Shown in pieces: positions 44,881-53,535 of a stretch of DNA of 64,000 nt (position 1 is the stretch's first letter; each line of letters starts with the position of its first letter). The position numbers and the translations under genes are program-made. Where the stretch lies: positions 45,519 to 109,518 of the forward strand of contig JACPHC010000001.1 of assembly GCA_016188775.1 (NCBI GenBank). The letters run 5' to 3'. The DNA is from Parcubacteria group bacterium (lineage in GTDB: Bacteria; Patescibacteriota; Minisyncoccia; JACPHC01). Below the pieces are notes generated by a model. The model was not told the DNA's origin and did no database searches. It saw only the letters and a program-made list of their open reading frames with translations.

Positions 44881-45807
44881 TTAAGTTTGATCAATATATT
44901 GATTCAAGCCTTTGACTTTTTTAATGACGCCAATGGCGGCATTGCAGCCCTCGCCAACGCTTTTAGCTATTTGAGCGTTACCGCCAGTGGCTCCTCCGGC
45001 CGCCCAAACTCCCTCGATATTTGTTTCAGCTTCGCGGCTAGCCGTTATAAAACCGTCCTTTTGTTCCAGTCCCAGTTTATAAGCGAAAGTGATGGAAGAA
45101 GCCGCGCCCAAAGCGATAAAAATTCCGTCCATCAATTCTTCTTGGCCGGAATCTAAAATTATTTTTTTAACGAATTTTTCTCCTTGAACCGCTTTAACGA
45201 TTTCATTTTTAATTTCAATGCCTTTATTTTTTGCTAAAACTTCCAGTTCTTTCGCCCAATTGGGAATTTCGCCTTGAGTAAAAATAGCGATTTTGTCCGT
45301 GTAAGCAGAAAGTTCAAGCGCTTCCTGCAAAGCGTGCGAACCGGCTCCGATAACCGCCACTTTTTTATTTTTATAAAAAATACCGTCGCAGGCGACGCAA
45401 GTATGAACGCCTTTGCCCAAAAATTCATTTTCCCCTTCAAGGCCGGCTTTAATATAAGCTTGGCCCGTGGCAATAATAATATTGTCAGCTAAAAATTCTT
45501 TATTGGTTTCGGTTAAAACTTTAAATTGCGACTTGTTTTCCATTTTTTCAACGCTGACAACCTCCTCTTTTAAGATTTCGACTCCGTATTTTTTTATTTG
45601 CGAGACGCCATTTTTAAGAAGCGTTAAACCCGGCGCTTCGTTGCCGCAGCCGAAATAATTTCCAATAACCCGGCCGTAGGCCAAATCGCTTTTTTCCGGA
45701 ATACCGATCATAAGCGAATTAACCGAAGCTCGGCCGAGAAAAAGTCCCGCCTGCAAAGCGGCCGGACCGCCGCCGATAATTAAGCACTCATAATGATTAG
45801 ATTTCAT
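44881..45807 (-). CDS. trxB: thioredoxin-disulfide reductase (TrxB-like)
   Basis: FAD motif LIIGGGPAALQAG. Redox-active CVAC (HTCVACDG). NAD(P)H motif VAVIGAGSHA. Confidence 0.8.
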   Translation of the reverse strand: MKSNHYECLIIGGGPAALQAGLFLGRASVNSLMIGIPEKSDLAYGRVIGNYFGCGNEAPGLTLLKNGVSQIKKYGVEILKEEVVSVEKMENKSQFKVLTETNKEFLADNIIIATGQAYIKAGLEGENEFLGKGVHTCVACDGIFYKNKKVAVIGAGSHALQEALELSAYTDKIAIFTQGEIPNWAKELEVLAKNKGIEIKNEIVKAVQGEKFVKKIILDSGQEELMDGIFIALGAASSITFAYKLGLEQKDGFITASREAETNIEGVWAAGGATGGNAQIAKSVGEGCNAAIGVIKKVKGLNQYIDQT

Positions 45808-45882
45808 TATTATTTATAATAACATAATAATATGTCAAACCAAACATATCAATTTTCAAAATATTGAACCATAACGAAAAAT

Positions 45883-45911
45883 TTGACTAAAATTATAAAA
45901 TTTGGTATAAA
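45883..45911 (+). promoter_or_regulatory. sigma70-like promoter (TTGACT-17-TATAAA)
   Basis: TTGACT at 45883-88, a 17-nt spacer, TATAAA at 45906-11. AGGAGA RBS lies before the ATG at 45948. Confidence 0.5.
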
Positions 45912-45947
45912 TTAAATGGGCCTTTTAAATTTTAAATAGGAGATAGA

Positions 45948-46193
45948 ATGAAAAGATGCCAAGCGTCAAAATTTTCCGCCATTTACGCGGAAAAGAAAAA
46001 ATGCAATAAAAAAGCTTCACTTTGCACGTTTCCGGCAAAAGTGGCTTATTGGTTTATTCACGCCGGATGGAAAACTAAAGGAGTTCTCGGGGCCTATAAA
46101 GAAAAACAAAATGAATTTCAAATCTTGCTCTGCGAGACACACGAAGAAGAAATAAAAAGAACGTTAATGCTTATGCTTAATTTGAAAAACTAA
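45948..46193 (+). CDS. small hypothetical protein (81 aa)
   Basis: Supported by an upstream promoter-like element and a strong RBS. Several Cys/His residues. No family recognised. Confidence 0.4.
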   Translation: MKRCQASKFSAIYAEKKKCNKKASLCTFPAKVAYWFIHAGWKTKGVLGAYKEKQNEFQILLCETHEEEIKRTLMLMLNLKN

Positions 46194-46217
46194 AGCTTGT
46201 TTTAAAGACAGGCTTTT

Positions 46218-47462
46218 TTGTTTGTTTCAATTTTTTTGTTAAAATTCAAATATATGCTCAATAAAAAAAGAATTATTTACGCGATAATTTTTCTGGCGGC
46301 TGTTTTTTCCGTTGTTATTTTTTTAAAAATAGCGACAACTAAAAATAAATTAGAATTTCTGGCGGTTGAAGCCAATATTGTTGAAAAAAATATTGAAAAC
46401 AAACAAAAATCGACTTTTCCGATTAAAATAAACGGAACCGAGATTAACGTTGAATTGGCTGATACGGAGGAAAAAATAATCAGAGGCCTTTCTGGAAGGA
46501 AAACTCTTGGTCAAGACGAAGGAATGCTTTTTCTCTTCAAAAAACCTGACATATATTCTTTCTGGATGAAAGAAATGAATTTTCCGATAGACATAATCTG
46601 GATTGATCAAAATCATAAAATCATCGATATCAGCGAAAACCTTTTGCCAAGCTCTTATCCGGCGATGTTTCGGTCTAAAGCGCCGGCTCAATACGTGCTG
46701 GAAGTCAATGCCGACTGGGCCGCGGAAAAAAATGTCAAAATCGGAGCGCCTGTTTCGTTGTCAGAAAATATCTTGAATTTAATAAAACCGAAAATATCGG
46801 AAATCTCCGAAGAAACGACAATTATTGAAAAAACAGAATCCCGTCCGAACGACTCGGTCGAGCAGATTTCTCAAAACGATTCGCTGATCTTATTTACCGT
46901 CCCCTTTACGCCTCAAGCGCCCCTTGGAAACTGGAAAGACGACAAACAACAAAACGGCTGTGAGGAAGCCGCGGCTGTTATGAGCATGCGTTGGGTAAAA
47001 AACCAAAAATTAACATTAGCCGAAGCGGAAAAAGAAATTATTTTCATTTCCAATTTCGAACTCGCCAAATACGGAAATTACCGTGATACCTCGGCCAAAG
47101 ACACGATGGAAAGAATTTACAGAGATTATTTTGGTTATAATAATATTGAGGTGAGAAATAATATTGGAGTCGAGGATATTAAAAACGAATTAAAAATCGG
47201 CAATTTAGTCGTGGTTCCGGTCAATGGAAGAAAATTAAGAAACCCATATTATAATCCCCCGGGCCCAATCGAACATCATCTTGTCGTGATTGGTTACGAC
47301 CCGGCTAAAAAAGAGTTTATTACCAACGACCCGGGTACGCGCTACGGCAAAAGTTTCCGCTATTCCGAAACTATTTTGGAAAACGCCCTTCAAGATTACC
47401 CGACTGGATACCACGAGCCGATTATTAAAATTGAAAAAACAATGATTGTGGTGAAAAAGTGA
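46218..47462 (+). CDS. DUF192 domain fused to a C39-like (papain-fold) peptidase domain, N-terminal TM
   Basis: DUF192 pattern INGTEINVELADTEEK...GMLFLF...FWMKEMNFPIDIIWI. C-terminal NGCEEAAAVMSMRW (Cys), HHLVVIGYD (His) and NDPG, which are typical of Peptidase_C39-like domains. Confidence 0.55.
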   Translation: MFVSIFLLKFKYMLNKKRIIYAIIFLAAVFSVVIFLKIATTKNKLEFLAVEANIVEKNIENKQKSTFPIKINGTEINVELADTEEKIIRGLSGRKTLGQDEGMLFLFKKPDIYSFWMKEMNFPIDIIWIDQNHKIIDISENLLPSSYPAMFRSKAPAQYVLEVNADWAAEKNVKIGAPVSLSENILNLIKPKISEISEETTIIEKTESRPNDSVEQISQNDSLILFTVPFTPQAPLGNWKDDKQQNGCEEAAAVMSMRWVKNQKLTLAEAEKEIIFISNFELAKYGNYRDTSAKDTMERIYRDYFGYNNIEVRNNIGVEDIKNELKIGNLVVVPVNGRKLRNPYYNPPGPIEHHLVVIGYDPAKKEFITNDPGTRYGKSFRYSETILENALQDYPTGYHEPIIKIEKTMIVVKK

Positions 47463-47465
47463 AAA

Positions 47466-48008
47466 CTAATTTTGATTACGGCGTTTATAAATATACAAGA
47501 TAATATAAACGATAACCAGCAATAAATAATTGGCGATTATAAACCAGCGTGTTCCCCATATAATGCCGTTAAATTTCCAGCTGGAAACTGGCCAAAGAAA
47601 CGGCGTGGGAAAAAATTTATAAGAATGTGTCGGGATATCGATTAAAATATGCAAGAGCCAAGCGCCAAGCTCCCATTGAGGTTGTTTATAGATCCACCAA
47701 AAAACGCCAAAAATTAAACTAAAAACAAGCAAACTGTGACTGAAATTATAAAGATGAGCGGCTAAGTTGAAAATCGGGAATCTGGTCTCGGTTGGCGGTT
47801 CTGATTCTTCCGGCCGGGGAAAATCGGCAAAGCGCATTCCGCCGGTGAATAAATTCCAAAAAAGCCAGACAAACGGAATGGTAAAAGCGAAAAGATCGGG
47901 AAAAACTCCCCAAAACGCCGCCAACCAAACATTAAAATTTTTTTTCTTTTTTATGTTCAGAGCTTTATAAACAGCTCCGCTCCATAAACCGTGCGAAAAA
48001 ACATCCAT
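47466..48008 (-). CDS. membrane protein, YdjM/DUF457-like metal-dependent hydrolase family (tentative)
   Basis: 180 aa. N-terminus MDVFSHGLWSG, conserved His positions, and 4 TM helices. Confidence 0.4.
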   Translation of the reverse strand: MDVFSHGLWSGAVYKALNIKKKKNFNVWLAAFWGVFPDLFAFTIPFVWLFWNLFTGGMRFADFPRPEESEPPTETRFPIFNLAAHLYNFSHSLLVFSLIFGVFWWIYKQPQWELGAWLLHILIDIPTHSYKFFPTPFLWPVSSWKFNGIIWGTRWFIIANYLLLVIVYIILYIYKRRNQN

Positions 48009-48031
48009 AATGAAAAATAGTTTTAATTATT

Positions 48032-48361
48032 TTATCGTCGCAAATTCGCGGCTAAAGCAAATTGATCAAAATAGCGCGCTAAATCTTCCAGAGAACTTTT
48101 ATATTCCCTGCCTCCGAAAACCGCGTCCACAAACACTTCTCGCGCCCTGGCAATTTCTCGTCGGCGGCCTTTCCAGCGGGGATCGTTTAAAGTCAAATCA
48201 AAAAGTTCCAAGGCTCGTTCCACCGCGCTCCAAAATAATTTTTCATCTTGGCCGTTTTGACGCCACACCCTGAAAACCTCGCCGCCGATATTGCCAAGCT
48301 GTTGGACTAAGGAAAGCTTGCTCCATCTTCCTTGGGCCAATTCTTTGTGTTGAAAAAACAT
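48032..48361 (-). CDS. hypothetical small alpha-helical protein (possibly degenerate MazG-like)
   Basis: 109 aa. LSLVQQLGNIGGEVFRV weakly resembles the MazG/YpjD EELGEL helix, but the canonical Glu residues are lacking. Last gene of an HTH / 116-aa / 109-aa trio. Confidence 0.4.
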   Translation of the reverse strand: MFFQHKELAQGRWSKLSLVQQLGNIGGEVFRVWRQNGQDEKLFWSAVERALELFDLTLNDPRWKGRRREIARAREVFVDAVFGGREYKSSLEDLARYFDQFALAANLRR

Positions 48362-48368
48362 TTTAATC

Positions 48369-48719
48369 TTAATCTATGACCAATTCTTGAATTATGCTTT
48401 TAATTTTTTCCCTTATTACCGGATTTTCCACGTCTCTGGAACGGTTACCGAGGGCCGGCTTTAAATTCACCATTGAATCAAATTCAATCCATTCATCCTT
48501 CGATTTTTCCGGATAGATGTTAATTCCCCAAGTGTTTTGCCGATCTGAATTTTCTTTTTCCATCAACAACACTTCTTCATCGGCGTGAAGTTCTCCGCCC
48601 ACCGCCATAATTTTTTGTTCCAAATCGACCACGACTTTCACGAAATCTCCGAATACGTCCCTGGCTATTTCCAAAAGCTCGGATTTTTTAACGGGATTTT
48701 TTATTATTCTAATTGGCAT
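48369..48719 (-). CDS. hypothetical protein (116 aa)
   Basis: Tightly coupled (8-nt gap) to the downstream 109-aa gene. No motif recognised. Confidence 0.45.
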   Translation of the reverse strand: MPIRIIKNPVKKSELLEIARDVFGDFVKVVVDLEQKIMAVGGELHADEEVLLMEKENSDRQNTWGINIYPEKSKDEWIEFDSMVNLKPALGNRSRDVENPVIREKIKSIIQELVID

Positions 48720-48745
48720 AAGGCAATTATAGCATATTAAAAATT

Positions 48746-48967
48746 TCAGTTTTTATAAGACGGCCTTAAAATATCAGACAATCCTCGTTCGTCAATAACA
48801 AAATTCCGACCAACTTTTCTGGCTCTTATTTCGCCGGATCTATTTTTTTTAAAAACCGCGACGCGGCTAATTCCTAAAATCTTCGCTGCTTCGGTTGTTG
48901 ACAAAAGTTTTTTATCTATATATTGCCAATATATTCTATGATAACCAATTATATCAATAGTTAACAT
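48746..48967 (-). CDS. excisionase/MerR-like HTH (HTH_17) DNA-binding protein
   Basis: 73 aa. LSTTEAAKILGISRVAVFKKNRSGEIRARKVGRNFVI is an Xis-type HTH pattern. Confidence 0.65.
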   Translation of the reverse strand: MLTIDIIGYHRIYWQYIDKKLLSTTEAAKILGISRVAVFKKNRSGEIRARKVGRNFVIDERGLSDILRPSYKN

Positions 48968-48997
48968 ATGTTAACTATGCGACCTTCAAAGCCGACA

Positions 48998-50743
48998 TCA
49001 ATGCGAATAAAAAGCTATATAAAATGCCGTCCCTCGGCGTTCTTCCTTGCCTCTTGTCCCGCTCTTTTTGCTTGCGGCAGCAGGCTTGCCCTGAGCTTGC
49101 TTGTCCTGAGGCGCCTCGAAGGGTCGAATGGGCGACCTAAACCAAATCTTGCCGCCAATTTTTTCTACCATAGATTTTACTAAATAAAGTCCGAGGCCGG
49201 TGCCGTCAACCCGTTCAACAAGCTCAGGGTGGACTTTTTCTCCCGCGACATTATCCGCTCGAAAAAACTTGGTAAAAATCTTGGACTGCTGATCTTCCGG
49301 AATGCCGATGCCGGAATCTACGACACTGATAAGAATCTCGTTGCCCTTTTTCTGCATTTTGACCTGTATCTCGCCGTCGGGCGGCGTATACTTTACCGCG
49401 TTAGAGATAAGATTATCAAAGATGATTTGTATCATTTTAGGGTCGGTTGATAAAAGGAAATTGCTTTTAGCCTGCCCCGCTGTGCCCCGTAGCGAGCTCT
49501 GCTCTGCTACTGGGGTAGGAAGCTTGCTTTCCTTCGGGGAGTAACTTTTTGAAAGTTTCAAATTTTTCTCTTTTATCTTCGGCGCGAGGTCGCGAAGAAT
49601 CATGTCCATCTTTTCTCTCAAATTAACCGGCTCATTTTTGACGGAAAAGACGCCAAGCTCCAAACGAGAAACGTTCAAAAATGCGTCAATGAGCTCTACC
49701 ATCCGCCTGGTATTGGAATAAATTTTTCCGAGATATTCCTTTTGCTTGTCGGGGGACTTGTCGGCGTATCCCGCGTGAATCATCTCGATATACCATTTGA
49801 TGACGGTAAGCGGGGTTTTCAACTGATGCGAAGCCAGCGATACGAATTCGCTTTTGGCCCGATTCAATTCCTGTTCTTTAGCAATCTGCTCATCGCGAAT
49901 TCTCAAAATATCGTTCGTCTGCAATAGTTCAAAATCGCGCCGCACCAAGGTCTTTGCCACGCGATCGAGCTCTTGCTCGCGTTTTCGCAAATCAGTAATG
50001 TCTATGCCCATGCCAACAATATATCCCTTATCCGCGATCACGCTATATACTGCCGAGAAAAAATACGGAATCTTATTTCCGTTTTTTGTTCGAATATTTG
50101 TCTCCATCATGACTTTTCCCTTGCTCACCGCTTCGGCAATGGCCTTTTGGACTCTTTCCTGATCCGGCTCATCAATAAAATCAATGGGGGACATTTTAGC
50201 AGTTTCTTCGTTGGAATAGCCAAAAATCCCGACAAGCGCCCTGTTCCAGCGAACCATGCGAAACGACGAAACATCAAATGCATAAAAAACGCTCGGCAAG
50301 CTGTCTATCACTGCTTGAGAAAATTTCTGCTCTTCGCGCAGCACCTTTTCTATTTCCGAGCAAGGAACCACTTCTCGAAACATTCCCCATGTGGAGATAA
50401 ATTTTCCGTCTTTCATCCGAACGCTGATATTTCCCTCGACATCTATAATGCCGCCGCTTTTTGCGACAAACTGCGTCTTAAGGCCGCTGAAAGATTTACC
50501 TTTTCGCATTTCGCCAAACGCCTCAAAACATGCTTGCAAATGGTCTTGATGAATAATATCGGGAAAAGTCATGCCATTCGCTTCCTCTGCGGAATATCCA
50601 AGAACGCTCTGCCATTTTTTATTAACGTACAAAAACCGGCCGTTCTCATCAACGCTCTGAATTAATTCATTGGCGTTCTCAAAAAGTTCGCGCCATTCCG
50701 CCGCATCGCCCGGCAAGATAAGTTTTTCTTCCTGTATGGCCAT
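48998..50743 (-). CDS. cytoplasmic PAS-domain sensor histidine kinase
   Basis: I chose the start at the internal ATG (MAIQEEKL). PAS blocks. H-box ASHQLKTPLTVIKW. N-box IFDNLISNAVKYT. G-boxes DSGIGI and GTGLGLYLV. A ~30-aa GC-rich in-frame insertion lies between the HisKA and N-box regions. C-terminal basic tail. Confidence 0.8.
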   Translation of the reverse strand: MAIQEEKLILPGDAAEWRELFENANELIQSVDENGRFLYVNKKWQSVLGYSAEEANGMTFPDIIHQDHLQACFEAFGEMRKGKSFSGLKTQFVAKSGGIIDVEGNISVRMKDGKFISTWGMFREVVPCSEIEKVLREEQKFSQAVIDSLPSVFYAFDVSSFRMVRWNRALVGIFGYSNEETAKMSPIDFIDEPDQERVQKAIAEAVSKGKVMMETNIRTKNGNKIPYFFSAVYSVIADKGYIVGMGIDITDLRKREQELDRVAKTLVRRDFELLQTNDILRIRDEQIAKEQELNRAKSEFVSLASHQLKTPLTVIKWYIEMIHAGYADKSPDKQKEYLGKIYSNTRRMVELIDAFLNVSRLELGVFSVKNEPVNLREKMDMILRDLAPKIKEKNLKLSKSYSPKESKLPTPVAEQSSLRGTAGQAKSNFLLSTDPKMIQIIFDNLISNAVKYTPPDGEIQVKMQKKGNEILISVVDSGIGIPEDQQSKIFTKFFRADNVAGEKVHPELVERVDGTGLGLYLVKSMVEKIGGKIWFRSPIRPFEAPQDKQAQGKPAAASKKSGTRGKEERRGTAFYIAFYSH

Positions 50744-50814
50744 ACATTTATGCGTAATTTGAGCTTCAAGAACTTCGCGAAACTTTCGGCGGGTGAAGGT
50801 TTGGCAACCAAAAA

Positions 50815-51270
50815 TCATTCGCCTTTTGGCTCTGATTTTTGGACCAAACTCTTCACTTTTTCCACCACATCGGGAATTTTCCAATCCGACTTTACCAGAT
50901 AATACGACGGCTGATCCTCTACAATTCCATGCATTATTTTGTCGTCCGCGCTTAAATTGGTAAGCAGTATAATCGGCACTTTTCTTCCCCAACTGTTTGT
51001 TTGGCGCAATTTCTTCATCATCTCCATTCCGCCGATTTTTGGCATAAGAATATCGAGCACGATAAGATCGGGGTGGGTCCCGAGCGCCTGCGCCAGACCC
51101 TCGCCGCCATTTGACGCTTGCAGCACCTCAAATCCTTCGTGGCTCAACGATTCAGCAAGAGCTTGGCGCATATCCGGTTCATCTTCAACCACCAAAATCA
51201 TGGCAGCTTTACTTGCCCCGTACCGAACATTACTCTGGTGCTCGGGGTTTTGAACTTTATTTTGCAACAT
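50815..51270 (-). CDS. single-domain response regulator (CheY-like)
   Basis: MILVVEDEPDMRQAL..., the phospho-acceptor in IVLDILMP, and a conserved K. The likely true start is at 51201. Confidence 0.8.
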   Translation of the reverse strand: MLQNKVQNPEHQSNVRYGASKAAMILVVEDEPDMRQALAESLSHEGFEVLQASNGGEGLAQALGTHPDLIVLDILMPKIGGMEMMKKLRQTNSWGRKVPIILLTNLSADDKIMHGIVEDQPSYYLVKSDWKIPDVVEKVKSLVQKSEPKGE

Positions 51271-51305
51271 ATATTTTTGCGTTATTCATTAACGACCTTG
51301 AATTT

Positions 51306-52091
51306 TTATTTATTTTTCACTCGAAGGGCGAAACTCATTCTTTTGCCGAAATTACTCTCAACGCTTCGAATAAGCGAGGAAATTACTTTTGCCGGATCCC
51401 CGCGGATGCGAAGCACCTTTCCTGTTTTCTCGTCAACCTCAAGGCCATCTATGCCTTGAGCGGCCTTAATCGCTTTTTCTCCGACAAGCGACAGCGTCTG
51501 GGCAATAATGCTTGCCGCGATTTCATAATATAAACGTTCATCTTTAGAAACATGCGAATAACTCTGAAGCTTTATTCCGCCCCCGGAATTTCCGCGGCCT
51601 CCATATATGAGTTGAATAACCACTAAAACGCCAACTAACGCAATCGCGCCGAGTAATATAAGAAAATAATTAACGACCCTATCCCGACCTTTGAGCACTT
51701 TAAATGTCGCCGAAACCTCCTGATGAAGGACGGCGTAGTCGGTGATAACAACGTTCAACTCATGAATCCCGCTTTTCGCGCCCTTCGGAACAACAATATA
51801 GTCCAAAAAAGATGCCTGCGTCTCCACCGCTCGGAGCGCTTTTTCCGATGCGATCACGATCTCATTCTCAAAAATTTGATACTCCAAACGCAGGTCTTTT
51901 CGCCTCGGATTTTCCGGGTACTTTATCTCCACCTCAAAATACAGCCGATCGCCGCCAACAACCTCGGTGTATTGATCTCCAATACGGGCGGCGATAGACA
52001 GAGCGTGGGCCGGAGAAGTAAAAATAAGCTCGGCGGCAAAAACCGAAAATAGAACAAATATTAAAATTAAATTTTTTCTAACGGGGTTCAT
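51306..52091 (-). CDS. hypothetical secreted/membrane protein (signal peptide, ~150-aa ecto-domain, one TM, cytoplasmic tail)
   Basis: I chose the start at MNPVRKNLILIFVLFSVFAA. TM helix VVNYFLILLGAIALVGVLVVIQLIYG. Confidence 0.5.
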   Translation of the reverse strand: MNPVRKNLILIFVLFSVFAAELIFTSPAHALSIAARIGDQYTEVVGGDRLYFEVEIKYPENPRRKDLRLEYQIFENEIVIASEKALRAVETQASFLDYIVVPKGAKSGIHELNVVITDYAVLHQEVSATFKVLKGRDRVVNYFLILLGAIALVGVLVVIQLIYGGRGNSGGGIKLQSYSHVSKDERLYYEIAASIIAQTLSLVGEKAIKAAQGIDGLEVDEKTGKVLRIRGDPAKVISSLIRSVESNFGKRMSFALRVKNK

Positions 52092-52626
52092 TGTCTGTAT
52101 AAATAAAAAACCGCGCCACGAAAAAATAAAGCAGCGTCGCCTCGGCCGTCTTAAGAATGGAGTGCGCAATTCGATCCCATGGCGGCGCGTACAAAAAATA
52201 ATACATATCAAGAGCTATATGAGCTAACGTTACAACAGCAAATGCCATAAATATATATTTTATGCCGCTCAAGAGATTGCGCGTGAGCCGCCAGAAAATA
52301 ATCAAGACAGACACAATAATCGGCCAGCGAAATAAAACATGATACGCAAAATTATCTAAATCGACAAAAAATTCTGCAATAATCCAAAGGGCTTCGATAA
52401 ACACAGCGACAAGCAACAAAAGCGTCGTTCTTTTCTTTTGCAAGAGAGCATTCTTTATTTCCGCCGGCGGCATAAGAGATATAACTGATTTTTCGGCGGC
52501 GACATTAAGAGATTGATGCCGCTTGAAAAGCGAAATATACTCCGCAAGCACAACTCCAAAAAGCACGATCATAATCGCGTGCTGGGCAAATTCACTCGCA
52601 AGAATAATTGGCTGAAAAAGTATCAT
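52078..52626 (-). CDS. hypothetical polytopic membrane protein
   Basis: 182 aa with 4-5 hydrophobic helices. Overlaps both neighbours, which suggests translational coupling. Confidence 0.5.
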   Translation of the reverse strand: MILFQPIILASEFAQHAIMIVLFGVVLAEYISLFKRHQSLNVAAEKSVISLMPPAEIKNALLQKKRTTLLLLVAVFIEALWIIAEFFVDLDNFAYHVLFRWPIIVSVLIIFWRLTRNLLSGIKYIFMAFAVVTLAHIALDMYYFLYAPPWDRIAHSILKTAEATLLYFFVARFFIYTDNEPR

Positions 52627-52639
52627 GGTATTGATAAAA

Positions 52640-52909
52640 TCAGTTATGTTTTATGCTTTTCAACATCGCAGTAATGATTGCGAGCAATGAAGCGTAAGTT
52701 GTAAAAAATAATAGATCGAGCAAAAACCACAAAAACGTAAATGTCATTTCATAATATATGAAAGCGGCGAGGGCATTTATCAAAATTGCCCACGCAAAAA
52801 ACGGTATAAACAACATCGGCTTTTGACTTTTGCGCGCAAAAGAGCTTACGCGCCATAGCATTATAACAGAGTAAAAAATAAGCAATGTCGCTCTTAATAG
52901 TGGGGTCAT
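52640..52909 (-). CDS. hypothetical small membrane protein (89 aa, 3 TM)
   Basis: Hydrophobic helices. Operon context. Confidence 0.4.
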   Translation of the reverse strand: MTPLLRATLLIFYSVIMLWRVSSFARKSQKPMLFIPFFAWAILINALAAFIYYEMTFTFLWFLLDLLFFTTYASLLAIITAMLKSIKHN

Positions 52910-52914
52910 AGTTC

Positions 52915-53535
52915 TTATTTAATTATCCTCGCCCCGTTAGAAGTTCGGTCGAGTTTGTTATTGTTTATAATTTTGTCAACAAATTCGTCTTCGGCTTTTT
53001 TCTCTGTATAACCTTTATCTGTTGTAAGACTTCTAACGGGGTGAATAAGCAACAGGTAAAATCCGGAAAGCGCAAGCGATATACCCACGAATTCCGCAAT
53101 GCCAAAAAGAAAAAACCAGGGAGTGATTGAAGCGGCTATTTGGGGATAAACCGCTATATATTTTTTAAGCGGCAGTTCCGTAAATACTTCTAAAGCAATA
53201 ATGCTAAAGCCAAAAAGCAAAATCTTTCGCGAATAACATTCTGGAAAATGCGGCCATATAACTGCGATTAAAGCGATGAGCGTGGAAAGAATAAGAATAT
53301 TTGGAAACTCGTTCTGAAAATCCACGCCGAACCAACTGCCGACAAAAATCTTTGCCCAAAGAGAAGTAATAAAAAGAGTCGCAAGCAAAGCAAAAAGAAA
53401 CGCAAAGATTGCATCAAAGTATATTGACTCTGTTGATGGTTCGACTTCGCTCACCATCAATCTCCTCGAGTCTGAGCCTCGGAGTCGAAGACCTGAGCCC
53501 GTCGAATGGATTGACTTTTTATTCTGGCTCTCCAT
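52915..53535 (-). CDS. hypothetical polytopic membrane protein
   Basis: 4-5 hydrophobic helices. The probable start is at the internal MVSEVEP (53457). Confidence 0.5.
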   Translation of the reverse strand: MESQNKKSIHSTGSGLRLRGSDSRRLMVSEVEPSTESIYFDAIFAFLFALLATLFITSLWAKIFVGSWFGVDFQNEFPNILILSTLIALIAVIWPHFPECYSRKILLFGFSIIALEVFTELPLKKYIAVYPQIAASITPWFFLFGIAEFVGISLALSGFYLLLIHPVRSLTTDKGYTEKKAEDEFVDKIINNNKLDRTSNGARIIK

